A stretch of DNA of 64,000 bases. Source: Octopus sinensis. Lineage: Eukaryota. Below are positions 39,131 through 52,675 of the stretch, piece after piece. The stretch is taken from NCBI RefSeq assembly GCF_006345805.1, contig NC_043005.1:109306001-109370000 (forward strand), given 5' to 3'. Within the stretch, counting starts at the first letter, position 1. Each line of letters starts with the position of its first letter. The position numbers and the translations under genes were made by a program. The notes below the pieces were generated by a model that was given only the letters and a program-made list of their open reading frames with translations, did not search any database and was not told where the DNA came from.

Positions 39131-40131
39131 ATGCCTATATATATGTGTATACATACATACATACATATATATACACACACACAAACACATATGCATATGT
39201 GCATGTATACATACATACAGACATACATACATGCATATATGCATGTGTGTACGTAGATTAGTTTTTGGGGTGAAGTCGGTGTAATCGAGGAGAATTTCAT
39301 TGGCTTACACCACCGACTTTGCATTTTCCCATGGGTTTTGCAGAGCCACAAACAATAACCATTGCAACATTAACAGCAGTAATAAGAACAAAAACAACAG
39401 CACTGGCAATAACAACAAGAACAACAATAGCAGCAATGATACCTTTCAGTATTCTGTCGATAATATAGCAATTACCTGCTTGCAAAATATATTAATATAT
39501 TGAATTTGAGTTATAAAAATTACCATGTGAATTACAAAGTGTCTGTTTTATTCATCAAGAGAAATCTAAAGGAACAGAATACCTGAATTTCTCCAAGAAA
39601 TAAATAAAGTACAATGGAATTTTATAAACGAAATTCTATTAGTTTCCTAAGCAACAAGAAAACTGGTGATGTTATTTCTTAGAAATCCTACAACCTGACG
39701 ACCACAATAGCAGAAAAGCGTAACTAATTCTTAATCTTGTTATTACAGGTCCCACCTGGAAATAAAGGAGGAAGTGTGTTTACAAAGAAATGCGGAAGGT
39801 GATATACTATATATCTGACCAGCACGTATGGTTGTCTTGCAAAACAGCCATCCATATCTATTTGTGGGAGTATGTGAGTGTGTGTGTGTGTGTGTGTGTG
39901 TGCATCTATGTGTGTAATTTCATTTTCTTCCTCTTTTTGCAAATAGACTAGCCAACAAACTTCAGACTCCATCTATATATATATATGTACATACAAGGAC
40001 ATATATATGCATATGTAACACACACATACACATCTATAAATCAATGAAGCTATCTAAATGCATGTGTGTGGATGTATTCATATGCGCATACATATATACA
40101 TATGTGAGTGTGTGTTTCATATATATATATA

Positions 40132-40345
40132 CTTTATTTAAAGCAGCAGAAAATTCAACAAAACCTGTTACTCTGAGTTTCACGTTCCCGTTCGTCGGAC
40201 AGTTTTTTCTAGCAAAAACTGTCCGACGAACGGGAATGTGAAACTCAGAGTAACAGGTTTTGTTGAATTTTCTGCTGCTTTAAATAAAGCATATTACTCT
40301 ACCACTGGTATTTGAGTACTCTTTTTTCCACCTTGTTTCACATTT
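40132..40345. mobile_element. PLE-type fold-back element (family C) with hammerheads in both arms
   Basis: Arms 40132-40207 / 40214-40289; plus strand CCGACGA-ACG GGAA TGT-GAA-ACT CAG AGT-A-ACAGG; minus arm has perfect stem II ACG GGAA CGT. Confidence 0.8.
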
Positions 40346-40642
40346 ATGTATTTACTCCGGTATATATATATATACACACATAAATACATCTCTCTCTCTC
40401 TCACTATATATATATATATATATTCTTTTAGTCTTTTATTTGTTTTAGTTATTTGACTGTGGTCATACTGGAGCACCACCTTTAGTCGATCAGATCAACC
40501 CCAGGACTTATTCTTTGTAAGCCTAGTACTTATTCTATTGTGGTGGTACAAATACAGACACACAAACATACACATGCATATATATATATACACACACATA
40601 TAAATACCTATATATTATATTTTTCATAAACACACATATATA

Positions 40643-40867
40643 TTTCTTTATTGCCCACTAGGGGCTAAACATAGAAGGGACAAATAAGGACAGACAAAGG
40701 GATTAAGTCGATTACATCGACCCCAGTGTGTAACTGGTACTTAATTTATCGACCCCGAAAGGATGAAAGGCAAAGTCGACCTCGGTGGAATTTGAACTCA
40801 GAACATAGCGGCAGACGAAATACCGCTAAGCATTTCGCCCAGCACGCTAAAGTTTCTGCCAGCTCCC
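40643..40867 (-). mobile_element. SINE family M, full length
   Basis: Matches 6799-7024. Confidence 0.9.
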
Positions 40868-41584
40868 ACATATACACACATATATACTTGCACATCAGCT
40901 GCTTTCCAGTTTATCCATCTTCATAAATAATAAACTATTTTTGACAAAGCATAGAGCCACTTCTTGGGAGAAAATGAAAGAAGATCTGATGGTAGTCACT
41001 CAGAGTATTACTCATATATTTTAGTAAGACTAAGCTTCTAACAGCACCAACAAGAATAACACTAATTATCCATTTTGCAAGAGGCATGAGGCCTGAGTTT
41101 TAAGCAGCAGGGGTCTGATCAATTACATGGACTCCGATGCTGAACTAACATTTACTTTATTGGCCTTAAAAGGATGAAAATCAAGGTCAGACTTAGCAGA
41201 ATTTGAACTCAGAACATAAAGATGACCAAGGTGCTATTCGACATGCTAACAATTCTGCCAGCACATCATGTTAATAATAATAAAAAGAAGAAAGCACAAG
41301 GTCTGAAATTTGGATGGGGAGGAGTAAAATTGATTGCATCGACCCCAGTACTCAGCTGGTATTTAATTTATCGATTTCCAAATGATGAAAGGCAAAGTCA
41401 ACCTTGGAGGGATGTAAACTCAAAACGTAAAGATGGGTGAAATGCTCCTGAGCATTTTACTCAGCATGCTAACGATTCTGCCAGCTCATTACCTTAAATA
41501 ATAATAATAATAGTAGTAATAATAATAATAATAATAATAATAATAGTAGTAGTAGTAATAATAATAATAATAATAGTAGTAGTA

Positions 41585-41620
<36 letters not shown>

Positions 41621-42612
41621 GTAGTAATAATAATAATAATAATAGTAGTAGTAGTAGTAATAATAATAATAACAATAAGAAGAAGAACAATAACAACAAC
41701 AACAATAATAATAATGATAATAATAATAATAATAACAATAACTGGTACATCACACATATTGAGAAGAGCATTGTCGATGTGAGAACTATTACTACCCATG
41801 TATTTTAATTTAACTTTATTTCTACCAAAAAAAAAAATGAACGAACTAGTGAGTTTAGTTTAATGGCCTACCAATGTATACTATGAGTTTCTTTGTCCTA
41901 GGAGTCGGGAAGACTCTCGGCAAGAAATGGAAGCAAATTTGAAAGAAGAAGAAAAACCCATAAATAATAATAATAATAATAATAATAATGATGATGATGA
42001 TGATGATTTCAAATTTTTGCCACAAGGGCAGCTTGGAGGAGGGGATTAAGCTGCTTACACTGATCCCCAGCATGTTACTGGTGCTTATTTGATCGACCCC
42101 AAAAGGCAAAGTCAACCTCTGTGGAATTTGAACACATAGCGACAGGCAAAATACTGCTCAGCAGTTTTCCCATCATGCTAACAATTTCTACCAGCTTGAT
42201 GCCTTAAATGATGATGATGATGATGATGATAACTTATTACATACATAGGCCCTTCATTTTTGAGAGAGAGAGGGCAGACGGTTGATTTTAGTAACCCAGT
42301 ACAAGATGAGTGTTGCTTTTATGGGTCTTGAAAGAATGAAACACAAATTATCTCCCTTCAAGGTTTGAATTCAGAATATAAAGTGCTATGACTAAACACT
42401 GCAAAGCATCTTATCCAACACACTACCACAACTACCTTATCAATGCTTTGGATCTTTATTATTATATTATAAGCATTACTGCAATCCACTCAGGATCCAT
42501 CAAATAATGATCAAATATCTTAATCAGCCAACCATTTTGTATTGATCTTGCTTTATAGAAGACGTGCCTCACATCATGATTGTAACATTTTTATGTATAT
42601 GCTTTCTTTCAG

Positions 42613-43024
42613 TACTCTTTCCTCTCTCTTTTACTCTTTTACTTGTTTCAGTCTTTTGACTGCGGCCATGCTGGAGCACCACCTTTAGTCGAGCAAATTG
42701 ACCCCGGGACTTATTCTTTCTAAGCCCAGTACTTATTCTATCAGTCTCTTTCACCGAACCGCTACGTTACTGGGACGTAAACACACCAGCATCGGTTGTC
42801 AAGCAATGCTAGGGGGACAAACACAGACACACAAAGACATACACACACATATATATATACATATATACGACAGGCTTCCTTCAGTTTCCGTCTGCCAAAT
42901 CCACTCACAAGGCATTGGTCGGCCCGGGGCTATAGCAGAAGACACTTGCCCAAGATGCCACACAGTGGGACTGAACCCGGAACCATGTGGTTGGTTAGCA
43001 AGCTACTTACCACACAGCCACTAC
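42613..43024 (-). mobile_element. SINE family A, full length
   Basis: Same architecture; further partial copies at 26325-26495, 31478-31580, 40420-40570, 44227-44390. Confidence 0.9.
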
Positions 43025-43414
43025 GTTTCTGTTTCCAGAAAATTTCTATGTGGTTCCCCAGTCTGCTAGAAATAGCAGCTAAATGTCTTAGATGTTAGCT
43101 CGCTGTTTCAAAAAATGAAGGATATGTTGGTCAATGTTGTCTTATATATACAGAACCATTAGAGAGTTGGTCAAGCAGGATGACTTTGGATTGAATAAGA
43201 ATCTTGCATGGCTGACTAACAATGTTCTTGGATGTGGAGTCATGTCACAACAGCACACCATTGCATATGTGTGTGTCTGTTTATATACATACATGCATAA
43301 ATATATACATACACAAATATGTATATACATATATGCATGTAGGCACAGGAAACCTATTCAGTCAAGTATGTCAACATCAAAATATATATCAAATGGAAAT
43401 TGTAGTTGTGATAT

Positions 43415-43731
43415 CTGTGCCAATGCCATGTAAAAAGCACCATCTGAATGTGGCCAATGCCAGTGCCACCTTGACTGGCTTCTGTACCGGTGGCACGTAA
43501 AAAGTACCAACCAATTGTGGATACTGCCAGCCTCCCCTGGCACCTGTGCCAGTGGCACGTAAAAAGCAACCACTACACTCACGGAGTGGTTGGCATTAGG
43601 AAGGGCATCCAGCTGTAGAAACACTGCCAGATCAGACTAGAGCCTGGTGCAGCCTCCTGGCTTCCCAGACTCCGGTTGAACCATCCAACCCATGCTAGCA
43701 TGGAAAACGGACGTTAAACGATGATGATGAT
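43415..43731 (+). mobile_element. RTE family R 3' UTR
   Basis: Units plus ccaacccatgctagcatggaaaacggacgttaaacgatgatgatg. Confidence 0.9.
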
Positions 43732-45453
43732 GTATGTATGTATATGAGTGTGTGTGTGCGTAAGTGTGTTCATGCATGTTGCCAAGGTATTGAAACTATA
43801 GTGACATCAATTAGGCAGCTGAAGATGGGAATGTGTGTAAGATGTGTTTATATCTTGGGGCTTTGTTATTCTGAGTTGTCTTTCTTCTTCATAATGTTGA
43901 ACATGTTTTTTGGGTCCATAGTTTATGATAATTGCATATATTGTTATTGATATATTGATACTGGTTGACTGACTTTATGTATAATCTTATTAGTCTAGGA
44001 TAATACTTGATTAATGGTTTCTAGCTTTGGGAGGTCCTGTGGTTTATGTGTGTGTGTGTGTGTTTGTGTATATATATATATACATATGTATGAATACATA
44101 TATGTGTATATATTCATGTATATGTATAGATATTTATGTGTGTGTGTATATATATAATATATATATATATGAATATATATATGTATATGTGTGTGTATGT
44201 ATATATATATACATATATATATATATAGGTGTAGGCATGGCTGTGTGGTAAGAAGCTTGCTTCACAACCACATGGCTCTGGGTTCAGTCCCACTGCGTGG
44301 CACACTGAGCAAATATCTTCTACTATAGCCTTAGGTCAACCAAAACCTTGTGAGTGGATTTGGCAGACGGAAACTGAAAGAAACCTATAGTATGTATATA
44401 TATGGTGGTAGTGGTGGTGGTGGTGGTGGTGGTGGTGGTGGTGGTTGGAGTGGTGCTGATAGCTGAGATGGTGATGACATATGAAATGCATATTGTGATG
44501 ACTTTGAGATGAAGACATTTAGATAACATAATCAAGCTAAAAACAATTATTGTCTCATAAGATTATCCTTGATTATTTTACGAATCTTTCAGTTTACGTA
44601 AATATGCTTGCATATTCATATTCGTTAATAACAGGTTTCTGTAGAGTTCTGAAGTACAAGTAGCAAAATATTGGTCGACACAAGTCTCAAAAAGACACTT
44701 GCCCCATATCCATGTAGGAATTGAACACACGACCATAGAAAATTAAAACAAACCTCTTAACCAAAGAGTTGTGCCAATGCTTAGTTACAGCTCTGAGAAA
44801 GAACTGAAGTAAACCATATCAAGATAGAAGCCATAATGTTTACCAGTGAGTTTTGCTAATTCTGTTATGGAGTTTTCCAACACTTAGGTAAAACCTCTGC
44901 AGAATAATATTACACTTTGGTAAACTTTTGACAAAATTCTAAAAGTATTTTTCTCCTAATGGTGAATAGTAAATGTTGACCACCACAACTTTCATAATCA
45001 AAACAGTTTAGAAGAATGGATAATAATTACAATATCTTGGACATTTCAGCAACTAATAGTCGACATTAGTAGGAAATTGACAGAAGCTAGCTGTGTATTA
45101 ACCCTTTCCTCAAATGTCAGTCAAAACTAATAAGTCTTTAATCAGGTATTCTTCCTCACTGGCACCAAACATGTGACAGGTTTCACTTTTCACAACCACA
45201 GTAGCTGCAACAACAATAACAACAACAGCAGCAGCAGGAGTAGTAGTAGTAGTAGTAGCAACAGCTGCAATAAGAATAACCAGAATGATGTATTTGGCTT
45301 TAGACCCCACCACCATTAATGCCACTACCACCACCACCAACACCACCACCACCACTGCTGCCATCACCACCATTACTACCACTACCATGAACATCAATAT
45401 CTTTGTGGTCTGTGGTGGAAAGGAAGAGTACTGGTGATTGTGTGGTTACTGGT

Positions 45454-45484
<31 letters not shown>

Positions 45485-45676
45485 ATGTGAGAATTAGTAC
45501 AAAAAGGCAAAATAATAAATGCATACCTGTGTGTCTCTATGCGTTTGCAGGTTTGTGCTTATACCAATGCGTTTGTGTGCATACATTCTACACTAACCTA
45601 CATACTCAATATTTTCTTCATGATAAACTTCATCATGTATTCTTTTCTTTCTATTATTATATGTATATAAATATAC

Positions 45677-45731
<55 letters not shown>

Positions 45732-45755
45732 TATATTATATATATATATATATAT

Positions 45756-45806
<51 letters not shown>

Positions 45807-45870
45807 CATATATACATATATATTATATATAATTATATATATATATATATATATATACATATATATAATA

Positions 45871-45922
<52 letters not shown>

Positions 45923-46034
45923 ATTATAGGTGGATAATTATAGATAGATACTTATATGTGTGTGTATATGAATGTGTGTTTATATATATATATGTATGTG
46001 CATATGTATATACATATATATATATATATTATAT

Positions 46035-46270
46035 ATATATTGGTAAAAACGGTAAGATAACAAAAGAAAGAAAGAGACATCAATATTATCTAAATAGAGG
46101 AAATTCATCTATAAAATAATATGTTACAATTACTCAATAGTCAAGGTAAAACTCTGAGTTTCAGATGCTGAAGTGGAAATCCACAACACCATCTCTTTGG
46201 TTATCTGGCCATCTGAAAAAAACGCTATGAAAAAATAGTTATATAAAGGGAAATTACTGTGTTATAATTC
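46035..46270 (-). mobile_element. PLE-type fragment in (TA)n with decayed hammerhead (46145-46205)
   Basis: Minus GATAA-CCAAAGA-GATG...CATCT-GAA-ACT CAG AGT-T-TTACC; shares the GAAACTCAGAGT module with family C. Confidence 0.45.
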
Positions 46271-46285
46271 TGCTACTTATATAAA

Positions 46286-46321
<36 letters not shown>

Positions 46322-46479
46322 AAGTTGGTGTGTGAAAGCACGTGGTTGAATATATAGAAAATAGTTAAAAGGGAAAAAACTACAGAAGGCTTGTTTTAAA
46401 AGGTTAAAAAATATATATTTGAGTCATTATGTCTGAAGAATGTTATAAATTTTTTTCTCTTACAATGACATAGTTTTTG

Positions 46480-46519
46480 AAGAAATGACCGGTTTCGCGT
46501 TCAGCTTTTCAAATTTCTT
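46480..46519 (-). ncRNA. Minimal type-I hammerhead, U3:A8 variant
   Basis: AAGAAAT-TTGAAAA-GC TGAAC GC-GAA-AC CG GT-C-ATTTCTT: 7-bp stem I, palindromic ACCGGT stem III, GUC site. Confidence 0.75.
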
Positions 46520-46575
46520 ACATCATTTTTTCAAATTTCTTACATCTTTTCAAATTCTCTTAAATCTTACAATGT

Positions 46576-46615
46576 AAGAAATTTGAAAAGCTGAACGTGA
46601 AACCGGTCATTTCTT
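46576..46615 (+). ncRNA. Minimal type-I hammerhead, U3:A8 variant (second arm)
   Basis: AAGAAAT-TTGAAAA-GC TGAAC GT-GAA-AC CG GT-C-ATTTCTT. Confidence 0.7.
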
Positions 46616-46739
46616 CAAAAAACTTGTCATTGTATGAGAAAAATATTTATAACATTCTTCAGACATAATGACTCAATATATATTTTTTAACCTTTTAAAA
46701 CAAGCCTTCCGTATTTTTTCCTCTTTACTATTTTCTATA

Positions 46740-46786
<47 letters not shown>

Positions 46787-46794
46787 AATATATC

Positions 46795-47300
46795 AAAATC
46801 AAATTCGATGACTGGCATCTGTGCTAGTGAAGCGCTAAGAGCACCATCCGAGCGTGATTGTTGCCAGAGCGGCTAACTGGCTTCCATGCTGGTGGCATGT
46901 AAAAAGCACCATTTGAGCATGATTGTTTCCAGTGTCACCTTACTTGCACTTGTGCTAGTGGCACGTGAAAAGACATTCAAGTGAGGTCGTTACCAGTGCA
47001 GCTGGACTGGCTCCTGTGCAGGTGGCACATAAGAAACACCATTTGAGCATGGCCGTTGCCAGTACCGCCTGACTGGCCCTCGTGCCAGTGGCACTTAAAA
47101 GCACCCATTACACTCTCGGAGTGGTTGGCGTTAGGAAGGGCATCCAGCTGTAGAAACTCAGCCAGATCAGATTGGCGCCTGGTGCAGCCATCTGGTTTAG
47201 ACAGTGCTCAGTCAAACTGTCCAATCCTTGCTAGCATGGAATGTGGACGTTAAGCGGTGATGATGATGATAATGATGGTGATGATGATGATGATGATGAT
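46795..47300 (+). mobile_element. RTE family R 3' UTR
   Basis: About five units, terminal block and (GAT)n tail. Confidence 0.9.
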
Positions 47301-47302
47301 GA

Positions 47303-48220
47303 TCATCATCATCATCGTCGTTTAACGTCCGCTTTCCATGCTAGCATGGGTTGGACGGTTCAACTGGGGTCTGGGGAGCCCGAAGGCTGCACCAGGCCAG
47401 TCAGATCTGGCAGTGTTTCTACAGCTGGATGCCCTTCCTAACGCCAACCACTCCGAGAGTGTAGTGGGTGATTTTATGTGCCACCGACACAGGTGCCAGA
47501 CGAGGCTGGCGAACGGCCACGCTCGGATGGTGTTTTTATGTGCCACCGACACAGGTGCCAGACGAGGCTGGCAGACGCCACTCTCGGATGGTGTTTTTAT
47601 GTGCCACCGACACAGGTGCCAGACGAGCTGGCAGATGGCCACGCTCGGACGGTGTTTGCGGTACTGGCTACGGTCCCGTTCAGATGGTTTTCTTATGTGC
47701 CACCGGCAACTGGTACCACAAGGATACAAATTCCATTGATGTTCATCTATTTTGATTTGTTTGACTTGATTCGATTTGACTTTGATTCGATTGCCTCAAC
47801 AGGTCTTCACAAGTGTCACAAGCAGGAAGGTATGCACAGGCGGACTGACTACGTCCAGGTAGGGGCCACGGGTTATGGCTTCACTAGTCTTGCGGGTCTT
47901 CTCACGCACAGCATACTTCCATAGGTCTCGGTCTCTGGTCATTTCCATGGTGAGACCTAACGTTCGAAGTCATGCTTCACCACCTCGTCCCAGGTTTTCC
48001 TGGGTCTACCTCTTCCACGGGTTCCCTCAACTGCTAGGGATTGGCACTTTCTCACACACCTATCTTCATCCATTTTCGCCACATGACCATACCATCGCAA
48101 TCGTCTCTCTTGCACGCAACAACTGATGCTTCTTAGGTACAACATTTCTCTAGGGAACTAACACTCTGTCGAGTAAGTACACTGACATTACACATCCATC
48201 GGAGCATACTGGCTTCATTC
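47303..48220 (-). mobile_element. 5'-truncated RTE LINE (family R): ORF C-terminus plus complete 3' UTR
   Basis: NEASMLRWMCNVSV...VQERRLRWYGHVAKMDEDRCVRKC...EGTRGRGRPRKTWDEVVK, then about 570 bp of UTR with tandem units and (GAT)n. Links the R tails to an RTE ORF. Confidence 0.9.
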
Positions 48221-48235
48221 ATGATATATATATAT

Positions 48236-48420
48236 ATAAATTTAAAATAATAAGGGTGAAAAATTGAATATTAATTTTATTAATATCAGTTTAAAACCAG
48301 TAGTCTAGCATATTGAAAAATCTGAAGATTCAGAAAAATTATATTACATACATATAAGAAGGATGACCACTAAGTGGACATCCATTATGCCAGAAGTAGA
48401 CCCCCTATGGTCTTACTACC
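48236..48420. mobile_element. (TA)n-associated repeat family K
   Basis: Similar to 25555-25650 (reverse) and 56905-57140, which has the IR tatacaaaatttagaggattgaccact / agtggtcaatcctctaaattttgtata. Confidence 0.55.
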
Positions 48421-48810
48421 ACATGTGACAGATTGTATTGTGTTATCAACTGCACTAAGAATGACATAACACACACACACACACACATACACATGTCTGT
48501 GTAGTTTAGAACATTGCTTTCCAACTAGATAAATTGGAATCCAGACCTGTTGCATCTATACATTTATATACGTGTATGCACATAAGGTATAGTAGAATTA
48601 AAGACAGGCTGTTGATGAAAAAAGTTTTGCCTCTGATACATGAACAGGAGTAGTGAGTTTTCAGAACACACTTGAAGTACATTACTCACAATGCTTAGAA
48701 TGATCTAAAGAGGTAACTGGTTGCTTTTTCTGTTGTGTCTGGGGAGAGTCATTTTCTTTTTGTGCCTTATAATGTAACACACTCACCGGTAAAATTTCCA
48801 CTTATTTCTT

Positions 48811-49309
48811 ACTAGCAGTATTGCCTGGCTTTGCAAAATGGTCACATTTAATTCAAAGCGTTAAAAATGTTATGAAAACAATTGGTATGTGTTCATAAAG
48901 TCCAAACAATTAATACGAAAAAACCCTCCAGGCTACATCCCGAAAATTCATTTCTTTGCCGAATTTCTACAATGTTTACGGCGATTCGTTTTTATATCTT
49001 GATTTTTTATTTTTCATGCAATTTACGCTTGCTTGCACGCATGGTGAACACAGTTCACGTCAAACAGCTGACTGATTAAAGTTCACTATTCAATGCATGG
49101 GATAAGGCCTAAATGAACACATTATCGATTTTTGCACTTGCGAGATGAATTTTGGAATAGAAATAGCGCAGTTCAATTTTCATTCGCCTAAACCTTAAGT
49201 GACCCATTTTTGGTGGTTCTACGATTTGTTGGCTAGGAGGAGAAGTGCCGGGAACTTAAACACACAGATACACACACAGACATTCAAGTTGAGTTTTATA
49301 AATATAGAT
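48811..49309 (+). mobile_element. Helitron/Helentron-associated non-autonomous element
   Basis: Starts actagcagtattgcctggctttgc, ends cacacagacattc...tttataaatatagat; CpG-richer than the flanks; family call from recalled end motifs. Confidence 0.55.
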
Positions 49310-49479
49310 TTTTATTTTCCTAAAATTTTCGTTGTGTCTTGCAACTTTTTCAATAGTCATTGACTCTTGCAACTTTTTCAATAGTCTTGGTAGCTTTTGT
49401 TATCTAGAAAACTTATCAGAAGTAGGGCTGAATCTAATGAAAGTGTAATGGCCACAACAGAATACGATACAAAATGTTT

Positions 49480-49800
49480 GGTAACCTATTTACTGGCAAG
49501 AAGAAATTTATCTGTCTCTAAGCTAAAACTAGGTTATCTGATACATGTGTACAAACTGTAATGCTGCAGGGTAGTGAGATCTGGGCAGTTAATGTAGCGG
49601 ATGCACAAAGGGTTGGGAAAAAAAGGAGGCGAACCTGATTCACTAGAAATGTAAAGTTATTGTGCATGAGCGATGATCTTTGTGTGAGTTGAGAGAAAAA
49701 CTGCGAACAAGAAAAATCAGTTGTAGTGTGCAAGGGTGACAGCAACACAGCTATGGACATATAATGCATACAGATGTTGACAGGTGGTGGAAGAAGGTAC
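49480..49800 (+). pseudogene. Degraded RTE (family R-like) ORF fragment
   Basis: KTRLSDTCVQTVMLQGSEIWAVNVAD matches the RTE motif LY..CV...MLHGSETWA. Confidence 0.7.
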
Positions 49801-50142
49801 GAAAGGGTCTTATGTAAGAAACCAGTGAAGAGGAAGAATGAATAAGACAAGTTGAAGTGGTGAGAGCTGAGCTCAGGATGTTGAACCCCATGAAGGAAAT
49901 GACGAAGAAGCTCAACAAGTGGGAGATGCTTTGTTGGAGAGGAATACCCTAATACACATTCTATAATGGGGAAAAAAATGGATGTAAAAATGATGAGGAT
50001 GATGATGATATATATAGTTTTATATATACATACATACACACACACACATATATATATACATATATACATACATATATATATATATATATTATATATATAT
50101 ATACATATATTTATATATATATATATATACATATATACATAC

Positions 50143-50175
<33 letters not shown>

Positions 50176-50275
50176 CACACATATATATATCACCTTGATC
50201 ACCTTGACTGAGGTGATATATATATATATATAATACATATATGTGTGTGTGTGTATATATATGTGTGTATATATA

Positions 50276-50322
<47 letters not shown>

Positions 50323-51552
50323 ATGTATATATATAAAAGAGGTGAGGACCAAAATCCTTGAAAAGGGTGTCAAACATCCAAGTCCACCAGAACAGTCCAA
50401 GTAAAGAATATATAAAAAAAATATACATTCAATATTTGCAAAAACAGTAAATGAACTTTAAGGAAAGGAAAAAGTGTAGATGAACTTTAATTCCTAGTCC
50501 AAGTTGGTACAGAACCAATGTATACATTCTAGAAATTGTTCACTCATGTGTGGTGTGTGTATGTGCGCACATACATGTGCATGTGCATTCATGTGTGTTA
50601 AGTCATTCTTAGTGCTGTTGATAACCCAATACAATCTGTCACATGGTTGGCCATTGGCAGCTAAACTGGCGACCTCATTGAGTCTGCTTTGTGAGGAGTA
50701 TAGATGTTGGACAATCCAGAGGACAAAAAGCAAAGCCTGAGAAAGGGCAGATGAACTTAATAGAGTTAAATGCTAACCAATACTACGAGTAAGGGTAAAC
50801 TTAGAAATGACTGAAGAGTAAACCTCGGTGACAAAAGTATTTTGGAGTTGGAAGCAGGTTTAGTGATGGAACTAATGAGTGTTGATGAACTGATCTGCTG
50901 ACTTTCTCACTAGTGAATGGCAGACAGTAACCGACTCTGTTAATCACAATAGTATGACTTAACTCCTTAGTGTTCGCATTATTCTGCCAAAATTAATCCT
51001 CTTTTATCCACATTGCCTTGAACTAATCAGGCATTATCTTGGTGCTATGAGATTTTGATGAGGTAGCTGTTAATTTTTAAAACGACATTGTAGGGCTGGT
51101 GTGAGAGACCAGATCTGGCCAGTTTGACCATAAAACAGGCAGAATACTTTTGGCCGGATATGGCCGGTTTAAATGCTAAAGGGTTAAACATACTAGTTAT
51201 TGGAATATTGCTATAAATTTCAGGATTTTGCTTATTATTTGTCGTTATCCAACAACAGAATCTAAATGACCATTTCTCCAAAACTAGAACTAGAAATTCG
51301 TTCTTCCTGTCTGAACTAAAACAAGACATTACAGGGCACAGGCTTTTAAAAGGGGAAAGTTATTTCAACTTTTAATCTTTAACATTCAGATTCTGAATTT
51401 GATGCCGGAAATGGTGGGATTATTGCATTGGTCAAAGAGCAACGCATCAAAATAATTTGCAAAGAGGAGCTCTGACCATAAATGAAGATGTTACAATTCA
51501 TCAGAAAACATGGATGAATGATAGATGCTTCTTAACGAGCTCATCAAAAATG

Positions 51553-51939
51553 TTACTCTTTTACTTGTTTCAGTCATTTGACTGTGACCATGCTGGAGCA
51601 CCGCCTTTTGTCCAGCAAATCGACCCCAGGACTTATTCTTTGTAAGCCTAGTACTTATTCTATCGGTCTTTTGCTAAACCGCTAAGTTACGGGGACATAA
51701 ACACACCAGCATTGGTTGTCAAGCAATGCTAGGGGGACAAACACAGACACACAAACGTACACACACACATACATATATATACATATATACGACGGGCTTC
51801 TTTCAGTTTCCGTCTACCAAATCCACTCACAAGGCATTGGTCGGCCTGAGGCTATAGGAGAACATACTTGCCCAAGGTGTCATGCAGTGGGACTGAACCC
51901 GGAACCATGTCGTTGGTTAGCAAGCTACTTACCACACAG
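51553..51939 (-). mobile_element. SINE family A
   Basis: Same architecture as the other family A copies. Confidence 0.9.
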
Positions 51940-52398
51940 TTACAATTCAATCATCACAGGTGTAGAATTACTCTTGAGTGAAAGATCTTATAAAGTTTTG
52001 AACATAGTTGAAAGCAACACAATTTTTTATATAATGATTGCTTCTTTCAAAAGAAATGCAAGCACAACATGTTATCATCCATAACGGCAACAAATGAAGG
52101 TGTGATTCAGTTTTATAACAATTTCACTGATCCAATTGAAATAAATTCCTCAAAGCTGTGTCAAAGTTATTTGGACAATTATTTGGCCAACCTTTTATCA
52201 ATTTAGCCATCAAAATGACAAATATCTCTTAAACTTTCAAATAGAATGTGAAATGTTTAATTTCACAGGACAATACTCAGAGAGAAAAGATAAATGTGGA
52301 TATTTACATCCCACAAATAACATTCAGGTGCAAATGGATCATATCCTTATCAATAAAAATATAGAGAAAATAGTACTATGGACTGCATGGCCTACAGA

Positions 52399-52675
52399 GC
52401 ATCATCATCATCATCATCGTCGTCGTCGTTTAACGTCCGCTTTCCATGCTAGCATGGGTTGGACGATTTTGACTGAGGGCTGGTGAACCAGATGGCTGCA
52501 CCAGGCTCCAATCTTGATCTGGCAGAGTTTCTACAGCTGGATGCCCTTTCTAATACCAACCACTCCAAGAGTGTAGTGGGTGCTTTTTACATGCCACCGG
52601 CACAAGGGCCAGTCAGGCAGTACTGGCAATGACCTTGCTCGAATCTTTTTACACATGCCACCAGCACAGGTGCCT
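52399..52675 (-). mobile_element. RTE family R 3' UTR inserted in the old RTE
   Basis: (CAT)n + gtttaacgtccgctttccatgctagcatgg. Confidence 0.9.

Larger units (their letters stand above)
46350..46740. mobile_element. Palindromic element, about 170-bp arms, flanked by (TA)n
   Basis: 46350-46522 is the reverse complement of 46573-46740; spacer of ttttcaaatttcttacatc repeats. Confidence 0.9.

Noticed and set aside
49518-50180. 220-aa minus ORF
   Set aside because: It is microsatellite plus the antisense of a degraded RTE fragment.
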